From an uncultured Planctomycetales bacterium (GTDB taxonomy: Bacteria > Omnitrophota > Gorgyraeia > Gygaellales > Profunditerraquicolaceae): a DNA stretch of 64,000 bases. Every line of letters starts with the position of its first letter. Within the stretch, counting starts at the first letter, position 1. The notes below the pieces were generated by a model. It had not been told where the DNA came from. It saw only the letters and a program-made list of their open reading frames with translations, and did no database searches. This document shows, in pieces, positions 21,140-30,718 of this stretch. Made by a program: the position numbers and the translations under genes. The stretch lies in NCBI GenBank assembly GCA_964427405.1, contig CAYRUB010000002.1, forward strand, positions 68,741-132,740, read 5' to 3'.

Positions 21140-22278
21140 ATTATTGTCCTTTCCTTTAGCCTGTGTAATAGCTTGCCAACCGAATTGACCATATAATCTA
21201 ACTCTTTCTTTGTCAGCCCGGGATACATAGGTAAGGTTACAATGGAATCAGCCACGCGTTCAGTCACCGGTAAATCATGGATCAGGTATTTGTATCTTTC
21301 CGCATAGTATTTTTGTAAATGCACGGGGGGAGTAAAATGCACTGAGGCCATAATTCCTTTTTTCCTCAAACCCAGAACAAAATCCCTCCTTACGACTTTT
21401 TTAACTTTGATGGTGTACATCTGGTAGACATGCCGGCACTCTTTTAACTCTACGGGAAGATCTATTTCATCAAAGCTTAATTTTTTATTCAAGTAGGCAG
21501 CATGTTCTCTGCGTCGTGCATTCATGGCATCAAGTTTTTTCAATTGTTCAACGCCAATGGCCGCTAAAATACTGCTCATCCTGAAATTGTACCCGGCGTA
21601 ACTGGCTTCTCTGAACCATGGTTCTTGTGAATGTTGGCGTTCATACGTGCTTTTTTTAATGCCGTGGCCGGCCAGGACCTTTACTTTATCGGCGAGTTTA
21701 TGATTATTCGTAGTAAGCATCCCGCCTTCACCGGTAGTGATATTTTTTGTGGGGTAAAATGAAAAACATCCCGTAGAAAAGCTGCCGGTTTTTTGTTTCT
21801 TGTAAGTTCCGCCAATGGTCTCAGCGGAATCTTCAATGATCTTTAAGTTATGCCGGCCGGCAAGTTTAGTAATTTTATCCATAGGGCATGCCTGTCCTGC
21901 GTAGTGCACGACCATTATTGCCTGGGTGCGGGGAGTAATCTTGCGTGCGATGTCAATGGGATCAATATTGCAGGTGCCGTATTCTATATCTGCAAACACC
22001 GGTGTCGCCCCGGCTCTTACTACAGCGTTTGCGGAGGCAACAAAGGTAAAACTGGGCAGAATCACCTCGCCCGTGATTTCCGAAGCTTCTATTGCCAGTT
22101 GCAGCGCCGCGGTGCAGGAATTCAAAGTCAGGGCTCTTTTTACTCCGATATATTTTGCAAATGCTTCTTCAAATTCTGTGTTCATCGGGCCGTCAGTAAG
22201 CCACCCCGATTTTAACACCTTCTCAATTGCCCGGGATTCCTTTGAATTAAAATTATTTTTGCAAAGCCGGATTTTCAT
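21136..22278 (-). CDS. DegT/DnrJ/EryC1/StrS-family PLP-dependent sugar aminotransferase (ArnB-like)
   Basis: Family N-terminal (LKSGWLTDGPMNTEFEEAFAKYIG) and a PLP-lysine region. Confidence 0.85.
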   Translation of the reverse strand: MKIRLCKNNFNSKESRAIEKVLKSGWLTDGPMNTEFEEAFAKYIGVKRALTLNSCTAALQLAIEASEITGEVILPSFTFVASANAVVRAGATPVFADIEYGTCNIDPIDIARKITPRTQAIMVVHYAGQACPMDKITKLAGRHNLKIIEDSAETIGGTYKKQKTGSFSTGCFSFYPTKNITTGEGGMLTTNNHKLADKVKVLAGHGIKKSTYERQHSQEPWFREASYAGYNFRMSSILAAIGVEQLKKLDAMNARRREHAAYLNKKLSFDEIDLPVELKECRHVYQMYTIKVKKVVRRDFVLGLRKKGIMASVHFTPPVHLQKYYAERYKYLIHDLPVTERVADSIVTLPMYPGLTKKELDYMVNSVGKLLHRLKERTII

Positions 22279-23267
22279 TCTGTGCCGGGCTCATTCTTGT
22301 TAAAACCGTTTTCCAGGATAAAATCAATATACTCGTTAATCCCTCTTTCAATATCATAAACTGGTTCATACCCCAGGATTTTCTTAGCCTTTGTGTTATC
22401 CAGGGCGCCTCTTTTTGGCCTGCGTTCATCCGAAGGCTTTATTTGAATACTTAGCCCGGGGATCCTTTTTTTAATAGCTTCTGCGAATTCTTTGACGCTT
22501 CTGCCTTCTCCTCTGGTTATATTAAATGTTTCATTCTTGGCGTTATCGGAAAGGGCGGCTAGCACAAACCCATGGGCGGTGTCTTTGACATAGGTAAAAT
22601 CAATTCTTTCCTGGCCGCCATCGTGTAAGGTAAGCGGCTTTCCGGAAAGGGCGGCATTGATAAGGATTTGCGTTACCCTGCGGTTTGCATCGGTGGGGCC
22701 GTACACCGCGGAAGGCCTGATAATAGTGTAATCCATGCCGAACTTTTTGCCAAAAGCAGCGGTGAGAATTTCTCCTGAAAGTTTTGTTCCTCCGTAAATA
22801 TCAATAGGGCGGCTGGGGTGATTTTCGTCCGCGGGCTCATAATCAAAATCGCCGTAAATAAAACTGGATGAAGTGAAAATAAACCTTTTGACTGAAGTCG
22901 CCTGTCTCAAGCATTCAAGAATAGTCACTGTACCGTTGAGGTTAATTTGGATTGCTTCTTCAGAAAACTGATTTGATGCTTTGTGAATGGGGATGGCAGC
23001 CAGATGGATGACCAGGTCAGGCGCGGTTTCCTTAAGGGCCTTAGCCAGGCATCCCCTGTTGCGTATATCGCCTCGTATCAGACAGGTTTTATTCTTTAAG
23101 TCATTTAAACGGTATCTTAGGTATGTCGCATATGAACTTTCCAGCGGCGGGATGTAATTTAAGAAGGCGTCGTATAAAATGACTTCAACATTATGCTCAA
23201 GGAGTTCCTTGGTGATGTGATACCCCAGGAAGCCGGCTCCGCCAGTGATCAGAATTTTTTTTGTCAT
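22275..23267 (-). CDS. NAD-dependent sugar epimerase/dehydratase (extended SDR)
   Basis: GGAGFLG Rossmann motif and the YxxxK catalytic region. UDP-sugar 4-epimerase/4,6-dehydratase-like. Confidence 0.85.
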   Translation of the reverse strand: MTKKILITGGAGFLGYHITKELLEHNVEVILYDAFLNYIPPLESSYATYLRYRLNDLKNKTCLIRGDIRNRGCLAKALKETAPDLVIHLAAIPIHKASNQFSEEAIQINLNGTVTILECLRQATSVKRFIFTSSSFIYGDFDYEPADENHPSRPIDIYGGTKLSGEILTAAFGKKFGMDYTIIRPSAVYGPTDANRRVTQILINAALSGKPLTLHDGGQERIDFTYVKDTAHGFVLAALSDNAKNETFNITRGEGRSVKEFAEAIKKRIPGLSIQIKPSDERRPKRGALDNTKAKKILGYEPVYDIERGINEYIDFILENGFNKNEPGTE

Positions 23268-23405
23268 TATGTTTGTGGTTCCGAGTATTAGTTTAGACGG
23301 ATATTGTTTTTATTATATTATAAATAAATAGCGTATGCAAAGCATTTTAGCCCCAGATTTATTCTTGCAATTGTTTATTTATGATATAATTAAAACAAAT
23401 AAATT

Positions 23406-25247
23406 ATGATGAAAAATTTAGAAAATCGTACACTTTTTTTTATACCATTCGCCGCGTTGCTCTTGTTTTTTCTGGGAATAACCATCTATTCCAATATTTT
23501 GAAAAGCCCCTTTCAGTTTGATGATATTGGGTTTATCGTTGAGAATCGCAGCATAAGGGATATTTCAAATCTGCCTTTAATCTGGAAATTCCTGCCTACC
23601 CGTTTCATGGATTTCTTTTCCTTGGCTTTAAATTACCATTTTGCTAAATTGGATGTTTTTAGCTATCACCTATTTAATTTATTCTTACACCTTGCGGTAT
23701 CAACGCTGGTTTTTTGGTTTGTGCGGCTTATTTTTTCTACTCCAATTATGAAAGAAGAGCGGCTGGCGCGGTTCAAAGGAGAGATCGCCTTATTTATCAG
23801 CCTCATATTTTTAGTTCACCCCATTCAAACAGAATCAGTGACTTATATACATCAACGTTCAACCTGCCTTGCCGGGCTGTTTTATTTATCTTCTCTTTGT
23901 TTATATGTAACTGCCAGATTATGGGGGATAGGCGGGAAGTTGCGCATCCAAAGGCGCATTTTATATATCTTAGCTTATATAGTTGCCCTAGCTGGCATGT
24001 TTACCCGGGAGAATACGATTACCTTACCCTTAGCCATACTTTTATTTGAATTTTATTTTTTTAGGACAGACAAACAAATAAAATGGCAACCGGCGGCCCC
24101 TTTTTTAATCACCTTGCCCATTATCCCGGTTACCATGTTTTTGTCTAAACCCATCACTTTATTGCATATCCAGAAATTGGCCGATGCTCCTATAAAAGGC
24201 TGGTATTATTTCTTAACACAACTAAATGTAAAAATTACCTACTTAAGGTTATTCTTTTATCCTCTAAAACAAAATTTTGATTATGACTATCCAGTATCCA
24301 GGAGCCTGTTTGAGTTACCGACTTTAATCAGCCTGATCGCGTTAATACTGGTTTTGGTTATCGCTGTAAAAATATTCCGCAGATACAAAATATTATCTTT
24401 TGCCATCTTTTGGTTTTTTCTGACATTATTACCGGAGTCGAGTTTTATTCCCCAGCCTGATGTTATATTTGAACACCGGCTTTATTTACCGTTAGTCGGC
24501 CTTTGCATTTTTTCTGTTTGTGTTATGTATTATATTTTTTCCGCAAGAAATAGAAGGCTCTTGGTTATTTTACTAGGTATAATTGTGATATTTTCTTCTG
24601 TTTTAACATTTAAGAGAAATATCATCTGGAGGGATGAAATCTCTTTATGGAATGACACAATCAGTAAGTCTCCCGATAAAGCACGCCCCTATAATGAACG
24701 CGGTAATGCTTATGCTGCCAAGGGCAATTATGCCCAAGCTATCGCGGATTTTAATAAGGCCATTGAAATTGATTCAAAGATGCATTTTAGCGTTAAGAAC
24801 CCCCTGCATTCATATCCTATCAGCGCCAGGATCTATTATAATCGCGCAAATGTATATCAAAAGATGGGCAATCCCGGACAGGCTTTATCCGACTATAACC
24901 GCTCTATTGAAATAAATAGTATTAATCCCAGGGCGTATAATAACCGGGCAACTATTTATGCGATGAAAAATGAGTATGATCAAGCTGTTCTTGATCTCGG
25001 CCAGGCGATAAAAAGTGATCCCAACTTTATTTTGGCATATTCCAACCGGGCAGCGCTATATATGGAGAGGCATAAATACCCGGAAGCAATCTCTGATTTT
25101 TCTAAGGCCGTACAAATTGACCCTAATTTTACCGAGGCATATTATGGCAGGGCAGTTGCTTATCTGAATATGGATAATCTTCAGCAGGCAAGCCTGGATT
25201 TTGAAAAAGTCAAGCGGCTCGAGTCTAGCGCGGGGGTAAAAAGATAG
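23406..25247 (+). CDS. GT-C-type (DUF1736/TMTC/PMT-like) membrane glycosyltransferase with C-terminal TPR repeats
   Basis: N-terminal [11 protein letters not shown] motif after TM1, about 10 TM helices, and a C-terminal TPR array ([18 protein letters not shown] and similar). Confidence 0.7.
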   Translation: MMKNLENRTLFFIPFAALLLFFLGITIYSNILKSPFQFDDIGFIVENRSIRDISNLPLIWKFLPTRFMDFFSLALNYHFAKLDVFSYHLFNLFLHLAVSTLVFWFVRLIFSTPIMKEERLARFKGEIALFISLIFLVHPIQTESVTYIHQRSTCLAGLFYLSSLCLYVTARLWGIGGKLRIQRRILYILAYIVALAGMFTRENTITLPLAILLFEFYFFRTDKQIKWQPAAPFLITLPIIPVTMFLSKPITLLHIQKLADAPIKGWYYFLTQLNVKITYLRLFFYPLKQNFDYDYPVSRSLFELPTLISLIALILVLVIAVKIFRRYKILSFAIFWFFLTLLPESSFIPQPDVIFEHRLYLPLVGLCIFSVCVMYYIFSARNRRLLVILLGIIVIFSSVLTFKRNIIWRDEISLWNDTISKSPDKARPYNERGNAYAAKGNYAQAIADFNKAIEIDSKMHFSVKNPLHSYPISARIYYNRANVYQKMGNPGQALSDYNRSIEINSINPRAYNNRATIYAMKNEYDQAVLDLGQAIKSDPNFILAYSNRAALYMERHKYPEAISDFSKAVQIDPNFTEAYYGRAVAYLNMDNLQQASLDFEKVKRLESSAGVKR

Positions 25248-25338
25248 AGTTAGGCAAATATTTTTTCTTTACAAGGTGTCAGAATATAGATATAATAACT
25301 TTCTTAACAGCGGCTTTTTAAGAAAAGGGAAATTTATT

Positions 25339-26223
25339 ATGAAAAACAAAGTATTAAAATTCGGTTTACCTAAAGGCAGCCTCCAGGAGTCTACCTTTAA
25401 GATGCTTAAAAAGGCCGGTTTTAACGTTAATTTGCCCAGTTCGCGTTCATATTTTCCGTCGGTTGATGATTCGGAGATCCAGGCGGTTTTATTGCGCGCC
25501 CAAGAAATGTCACGTTATGTCCAGGATGGCGCGCTTGACTGCGGAATTACCGGTAATGACTGGATCCTGGAGAATAAATCTGACGTGGTTAGGGTTACGG
25601 ATTTAACTTATGCCAAACAGGGTTTGAATAAAGTAAGATGGGTTTTGGCGGTTCCGGAGGGCTCCGGGATTAAGAGCGTAAAGGATTTAAATGGTAAGCG
25701 TGTGGCTACGGAGTTGGTAAATGTAACCAAGGATTATTTTAAGAAAAATAAAGTTAATGTAGAAGTAGAATTCAGTTGGGGGGCAACGGAGGTTAAAGTC
25801 AGCGGCGGACTGGTTGATGCGATAGTTGAACTGACTGAGACAGGCAGTTCCTTGCGGGCGAATAAATTAATTGAGATTGCCACTCTTTGTGAGTCTACTA
25901 CCCAGCTAATCGCCAATAAAAATGCTTATAAGGACAGCTGGAAGAGGGCTAAGATGGAGCAGATTGCCTTGCTTCTACAGGGGGCAATTGCCGCAGAAGA
26001 AAAAGTCGGCTTAAAGATGAACGTAAGAAAAGAAAATCTTAAGGCAGTTATCGTTAAGCTTCCGGCATTAAAGAAGCCCACTATCTCCGGTTTGAGTGAT
26101 GATGGCTGGTTTGCCATCGAGACAATTATTGACGAGAAAGTTGTCAGGGTGCTTATTCCTGTTTTAAAGCAAGCTGGCGCTCAAGGGATTATTGAATATC
26201 CACTGAATAAGGTTATTTTATAA
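25339..26223 (+). CDS. hisG: ATP phosphoribosyltransferase (long form)
   Basis: [15 protein letters not shown] start with RBS AAAAGGGA upstream, and a C-terminal regulatory domain. The track ORF start at 25276 is an upstream extension. Confidence 0.85.
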   Translation: MKNKVLKFGLPKGSLQESTFKMLKKAGFNVNLPSSRSYFPSVDDSEIQAVLLRAQEMSRYVQDGALDCGITGNDWILENKSDVVRVTDLTYAKQGLNKVRWVLAVPEGSGIKSVKDLNGKRVATELVNVTKDYFKKNKVNVEVEFSWGATEVKVSGGLVDAIVELTETGSSLRANKLIEIATLCESTTQLIANKNAYKDSWKRAKMEQIALLLQGAIAAEEKVGLKMNVRKENLKAVIVKLPALKKPTISGLSDDGWFAIETIIDEKVVRVLIPVLKQAGAQGIIEYPLNKVIL

Positions 26224-26240
26224 GTAAGGGAGAGGTTATC

Positions 26241-26351
26241 ATGCCTTGTGGAAAGAAAAGAAAAAGACAGAAGATTAAAACCCATAAGCGTAAGAAGATG
26301 CGTCGTCGTCTTCGTCACTTGAAGAAAAGAGCTTGGGGTGGTAAGGGTTAA
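26241..26351 (+). CDS. 36-aa highly basic protein resembling ribosomal protein bS22 (AURKAIP1/DUF1713-like); absent from the ORF track
   Basis: ATG at 26241 with RBS AAGGGAGAGG 8 nt upstream. Product MPCGKKRKRQKIKTHKRKKMRRRLRHLKKRAWGGKG. The KKRKR..K.HKRKK.RRR.R pattern matches the mycobacterial/Bacteroidetes bS22 signature. Confidence 0.5.
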   Translation: MPCGKKRKRQKIKTHKRKKMRRRLRHLKKRAWGGKG

Positions 26352-27366
26352 GTTTTTTCTTCTAGGGCTTCTGGATAATTTTAGAAGGGTATTCTTGAAG
26401 TTACGATATCTTAACAGCGTAGTCTGCCTTTGCCTTTTATTGGCCTTGTTCGCTCCAACTGCCCGGGCCTTAGATGCGGATAGGTTAGAAAACACCCAGA
26501 GTTTAAGCCACTATATCACGGCTATTTATTGCGAAGACCTTGGTGATATAGATAAGGCTATCCAGGAATACCGTAAGGCCCTGGAGAGCGATAATCAGAG
26601 TTCTTTGTTACATTTAAATCTGGCTTCAGCTTTCATTAAAAAAAATGATATCCCTTCGGCAATACTTGAGTTAAAGCAGTCTATCAATCTTGCCCCTGAT
26701 GCCATAGAGCCGCATGCGATATTAGCGCTGGTTTACACAACTCAGAATAAAACGGATTTGGCTACGCAGGAGTATGCGTTTGCGCTTAAGAATGCCGCTA
26801 AACTTGAGCCTGAGAATATTGAGATTTACAAAAATTTAGCTGCGGTTTATTTGCAGCAGCGTAAATTAAAAGAAGCCGAGGGGATTCTTAAATTAATTAC
26901 AGGTTTGGCCCCGCTTGATGCGCAGGCACATTTTTATCTGGGCAGTGTCTATTATGACCTGAAAGATTACGCTGCTACAGAAAAAGAATTTAAGGTCGCA
27001 ATAAAATTAAAACCCGATTATCATGAAGCCTTGAATTTCCTGGGTTATTTTTACCTGGAGCAAAATAGGAATATTGATAAAGCCGGCGGATTGATTAAAA
27101 AGGCTTTAAGTTTTGATCCGGAAAATGGGGCTTATGTTGATAGCCTGGGATGGTTCTATTTCAAAAAAGGTAAGTTTAAAGAGGCGTTAAGCCATTTGGA
27201 AAAAGCAGCGTCTTTTTTAAGCGACCCGGTTATATATGAGCATCTGGGGGATGTTTTTATGAAGTTAGGCAACTGGGATAACGCAAAGCTCAATTGGGAG
27301 AAATCCCTGAAATTAGATTCTACCCAAGAACAAGTAAAAGAAAAACTGCTCCAAGTTTGCCAATAA
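26338..27366 (+). CDS. Secreted TPR-repeat protein
   Basis: Signal peptide VVCLCLLLALFAPTARA-LDAD, then about 7 TPR repeats. The real start is probably the TTG at 26397, giving MKLRYLNS.... Confidence 0.6.
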   Translation: MVRVKFFLLGLLDNFRRVFLKLRYLNSVVCLCLLLALFAPTARALDADRLENTQSLSHYITAIYCEDLGDIDKAIQEYRKALESDNQSSLLHLNLASAFIKKNDIPSAILELKQSINLAPDAIEPHAILALVYTTQNKTDLATQEYAFALKNAAKLEPENIEIYKNLAAVYLQQRKLKEAEGILKLITGLAPLDAQAHFYLGSVYYDLKDYAATEKEFKVAIKLKPDYHEALNFLGYFYLEQNRNIDKAGGLIKKALSFDPENGAYVDSLGWFYFKKGKFKEALSHLEKAASFLSDPVIYEHLGDVFMKLGNWDNAKLNWEKSLKLDSTQEQVKEKLLQVCQ

Positions 27367-28187
27367 TGGAAAACAATCAATTATCAGTAAAAGAATTAGA
27401 GGCTAAGGCCAAAGAGGCCCGGCGTCTAATTATTGAGATGCTGGCTAAGGCCGGCTCAGGGCATCCCGGAGGAAGCCTTTCTGCCGCGGATTTAGTTGTC
27501 GCATTATACTTTAATATCTTACGTTTTAATCCAAAAGATCCGCAATGGCCGGACAGGGACCGTTTTCATATGTCTAAGGGACACTGTTGTCCGCTTTGGT
27601 ATGCGGTATTAGCGCAAACAGGTTATTTTCCGAAAGAAGAATTAATGACTTTGCGGCAATTAGGCTCGAATCTTCAGGGGCATCCTGTCCGTTTGACTCC
27701 GGGTATTGAATCAGCATCCGGCTCGCTTGGCCAGGGGCTTTCTATTGGTTTGGGGATGAGCCTGGCGGCAAAAATGGATAAAAAAGATTATCGGGTTTAT
27801 GTTTTATTGGGAGACGGGGAGACGCAAGAGGGAAATATCTGGGAGGCAGCTATGGCTTGCAGCCATTTTTCCTGCGATAATATTTGCGCTATTTTAGATT
27901 TTAACGGTTGTCAGATTGACGGTAAATGCGAAGATATAATGGGAGTAGAGCCATTAGCTGCTAAATGGCAGGCATTTGGCTGGCATGTGATTGAGATTGA
28001 CGGCCATGACATGCGGCAGATTTTATCCGCTTATGAGCAGGCCAAGACAGTAAAATCCAAGCCCACAATAATTATCGGCCGCACTATAAAAGGAAAAGGG
28101 GTCTCATTTATGGAAGGCGTAATAGGCTTTCATGGTAAAGCTCCTACTAAAGAAGAAGCAGAAAAGGCTTTAAGGGAGTTGGCATAA
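27366..28187 (+). CDS. Transketolase, N-terminal (TPP-binding) subunit
   Basis: GSGHPGGSLSAADLVVALYF and the TPP-binding GDGETQEGNIWEA. Split-gene transketolase. TAATG overlap with the upstream gene. Confidence 0.85.
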   Translation: MENNQLSVKELEAKAKEARRLIIEMLAKAGSGHPGGSLSAADLVVALYFNILRFNPKDPQWPDRDRFHMSKGHCCPLWYAVLAQTGYFPKEELMTLRQLGSNLQGHPVRLTPGIESASGSLGQGLSIGLGMSLAAKMDKKDYRVYVLLGDGETQEGNIWEAAMACSHFSCDNICAILDFNGCQIDGKCEDIMGVEPLAAKWQAFGWHVIEIDGHDMRQILSAYEQAKTVKSKPTIIIGRTIKGKGVSFMEGVIGFHGKAPTKEEAEKALRELA

Positions 28188-29116
28188 TGGCAGAGCAGCT
28201 TTATCAAAGGGATGTTTACGGCCAGACATTAGTGAAACTTGGCGCATCAGATAAGAATATTGTGGTTTTAGACGCCGATCTTTCCAGCTCTACCCGGACG
28301 AATCTTTTTGCCAAGCAATTCCCGGACAGATTTTTTAATTTTGGCGTAGCAGAGCAGAACATGATGGCTACGGCCGCAGGATTAGCCAGCTGCGGTAAAA
28401 CGGTTTTTCTTTCTACCTTCGCCGTTTTTGCAGCAGGCCGTGCCTGGGATCAGATACGGGTTTCCATAGCTTATAATAATTTCAATGTTAAAATTGTAGC
28501 TACTCATGCCGGTATTACCGTAGGACCGGATGGCGCAAGCCACCAGGCCCTGGAGGACATTGCGTTGATGCGCGTGCTTGCCGGTATGAATATTATTGTT
28601 CCTTGCGACGGCCCTCAGACAGCAGATGCGATTATTGCCGCAGCAAATACTCCGGGACCTTTTTATATCCGCTTAGGCCGCTCAAAATTTCCTACTATTG
28701 AGAATAAAAATGAGTTTAAATTCGGTAAAGCCCAGGTGATCTCTGAAGGAGACGATCTCACTATTATCGCCTGCGGAATAATGGTTTCGGAGGCGCTCTT
28801 AGCAGTGAAAAGTTTGGCGCAAAAAGGGATTAAGGCGCGCCTGATTAATATGCATACTATTTGGCCGCTGGATAATGAAATTATTCTTAAGGCCGCTAAA
28901 GAAACTAAGTTTTTTGTTATCTGTGAAGAGCATAATGTTATCGGAGGCCTGGCTTCCAGCGTCGATGCAGTCGTTGCTGAACATTGTCCCAGGAAAGTTA
29001 TCCGTCTTGGTATTCGTAACCGCTTTGGCCAATCAGGCCAGCCGGAAGAGCTCTTAAAAGAATATAATCTTACCAGCCTGGATATAGAAAAAGCGGTTTT
29101 ATCCAATATCTCCTAA
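28187..29116 (+). CDS. Transketolase, C-terminal (pyrimidine-binding) subunit
   Basis: Transketolase pyrimidine-binding domain plus C-terminal domain. Start overlaps the stop of the N-terminal subunit gene. Confidence 0.85.
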   Translation: MAEQLYQRDVYGQTLVKLGASDKNIVVLDADLSSSTRTNLFAKQFPDRFFNFGVAEQNMMATAAGLASCGKTVFLSTFAVFAAGRAWDQIRVSIAYNNFNVKIVATHAGITVGPDGASHQALEDIALMRVLAGMNIIVPCDGPQTADAIIAAANTPGPFYIRLGRSKFPTIENKNEFKFGKAQVISEGDDLTIIACGIMVSEALLAVKSLAQKGIKARLINMHTIWPLDNEIILKAAKETKFFVICEEHNVIGGLASSVDAVVAEHCPRKVIRLGIRNRFGQSGQPEELLKEYNLTSLDIEKAVLSNIS

Positions 29117-29132
29117 GCTTTAGCATAAATTC

Positions 29133-30062
29133 ATGAAGCCTCGTAACGAGCCGCTGGTTATTAAATCTTTTGCTAAAATAAATCTTTATTTGCGCGTGTT
29201 AGGCAAGCGCAAAGATAATTTTCATAATCTGGATACCTTGTTTGTACGTATTGATCTGGCGGATACGATTATCCTTAAGCAGCGTAAAGATAATCTGATC
29301 AGGATTAAATGCGATAGCCGGCATGTGCCAAAGGATGAGACTAATCTTTGTTTCCGCGCCGCGGATTTATTAAGACAGGAGTTTAAGTTAAAGTACGGGC
29401 TGGAGATAGAGATTAAAAAGCGCATACCTGTCGGTGCCGGGCTTGGCGGAGGATCATCTAACGCTGCTAGTGTGCTTTTGGGGTTAAATAAATATTGGCA
29501 TTTGAATTTATCTAAAGCAAGGCTGGCTATTTTAGCAGCTAAACTGGGAAGTGATGTCGCTTTTTTTATTTATGATGTGAAATTTGCTTTAGGCAGCCAG
29601 CGGGGAGATAAAATCAAACCGCTAACTTCTTTAAAAAACACTAAATTGTGGTTTATCCTGGTTTATCCGCGGGTTAAAGTCTCCACTCCCTTGATTTACC
29701 GGAAATTCGACTTTTATCTATCCAAGCACAAGAACCCTTTGTTTTCTTTTAAAGGTATTTCCGGGTTGACAAGGCGGGCGCCTGATGTTAAAATACTTCT
29801 TCCTGAATTGCTGGAAAATGGTTGCTCTTTTGATTCAAAATGCCTTTTTAATGATTTAGAAGTTGTTACCAGTAATCTCTACCCTGTAGTTAATCGGGTA
29901 AAAAAAGCGCTTTTTGCTATGGGGTTAGAAAGGGTAATGATGTCTGGAAGCGGTCCGGCGGTATTCGCAATTTGTAATTGCCGGGCCCAGGCTCAAAATT
30001 TAAGCAATAAGTTGCGTAAAGAACATAAATCTTGGCAAGTTTTCCTAAGTTCTGCAGTTTAG
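29133..30062 (+). CDS. ispE: 4-diphosphocytidyl-2-C-methyl-D-erythritol kinase
   Basis: GHMP kinase motif PVGAGLGGGSSNAA and the IspE N-terminal KINLYLRV. Confidence 0.85.
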   Translation: MKPRNEPLVIKSFAKINLYLRVLGKRKDNFHNLDTLFVRIDLADTIILKQRKDNLIRIKCDSRHVPKDETNLCFRAADLLRQEFKLKYGLEIEIKKRIPVGAGLGGGSSNAASVLLGLNKYWHLNLSKARLAILAAKLGSDVAFFIYDVKFALGSQRGDKIKPLTSLKNTKLWFILVYPRVKVSTPLIYRKFDFYLSKHKNPLFSFKGISGLTRRAPDVKILLPELLENGCSFDSKCLFNDLEVVTSNLYPVVNRVKKALFAMGLERVMMSGSGPAVFAICNCRAQAQNLSNKLRKEHKSWQVFLSSAV

Positions 30063-30086
30063 CCACGGCAGTCAGGGAGGGAAAAT

Positions 30087-30476
30087 ATGGAGATAACGGA
30101 AGTCAGGATAGTGTTGAAGGATTCTCCGGATAAGAAGTTAAAGTCATACGCTACGGTTACTTTTGATAATGTTTTTGTGGTAAGGAATATTAAGGTTATT
30201 GAAGGCTCGACGGGGTTATTCATTGCTATGCCTTCCCGCAAGGTAAAACACCCTTGCCCGAAATGTTCTTTTAAGAATGAATTGCGCAGTAAATATTGCA
30301 ATCAGTGTGCCGCTGCTTTGCCGGTTGAGGCTGTTCCGCAACGCGTGGAAGAGGCGGCAGGCAGCCAGTCCGAGCATAAGGATATAGCCCATCCTATAAC
30401 GCAGCAGTTTAGGGAATATTTGCAAAAAAGAGTCCTTGAAGCGTACGAGCAAGAGAAGAATAGGGCTAAAGTATAA
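30087..30476 (+). CDS. spoVG: SpoVG family protein with an inserted CxxC...CxxC zinc-ribbon
   Basis: MEITEVRIVLKD...YATVTFDNVFVVRNIKVIEGSTGLFIAMPS core and HKDIAHPIT. A roughly 40-aa insert, HPCPKCSFKNELRSKYCNQCAAAL, is not found in canonical SpoVG. Confidence 0.75.
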   Translation: MEITEVRIVLKDSPDKKLKSYATVTFDNVFVVRNIKVIEGSTGLFIAMPSRKVKHPCPKCSFKNELRSKYCNQCAAALPVEAVPQRVEEAAGSQSEHKDIAHPITQQFREYLQKRVLEAYEQEKNRAKV

Positions 30477-30628
30477 ATTTGAGCACCCAAAGTTTTGGTT
30501 TAGCGAAATCCTTGATCGAACGTTAGTGAGATCAAGGATCTAGAGCACCTTAAATCTTTTATTTAGTGAAACACTTGTGCCAAGCGCAAGTGCCTACCGG
30601 CTTGGAGAGGTAGGGAAGATGTAATTTC

Positions 30629-30699
30629 TGCCCGGTAGTGTAATGGTAGCACATCAGAATTTGGGTCTGACTGTCAAGGTTCGAATCCTTGCCGGGCAA
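30629..30699 (+). tRNA. tRNA-Gln (TTG)
   Basis: Acceptor TGCCCGG/CCGGGCA, anticodon stem TCAGA/TCTGA with loop ATTTGGG (anticodon TTG), T-arm CAAGG-TTCGAAT-CCTTG. CCA not encoded. Confidence 0.7.
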
Positions 30700-30718
30700 C
30701 TATGAATAAAAACAAAAT

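Noticed and set aside
25276-25338. Upstream extension of hisG
   Set aside because: The RBS AAAAGGGA and HisG homology begin at the ATG at 25339.
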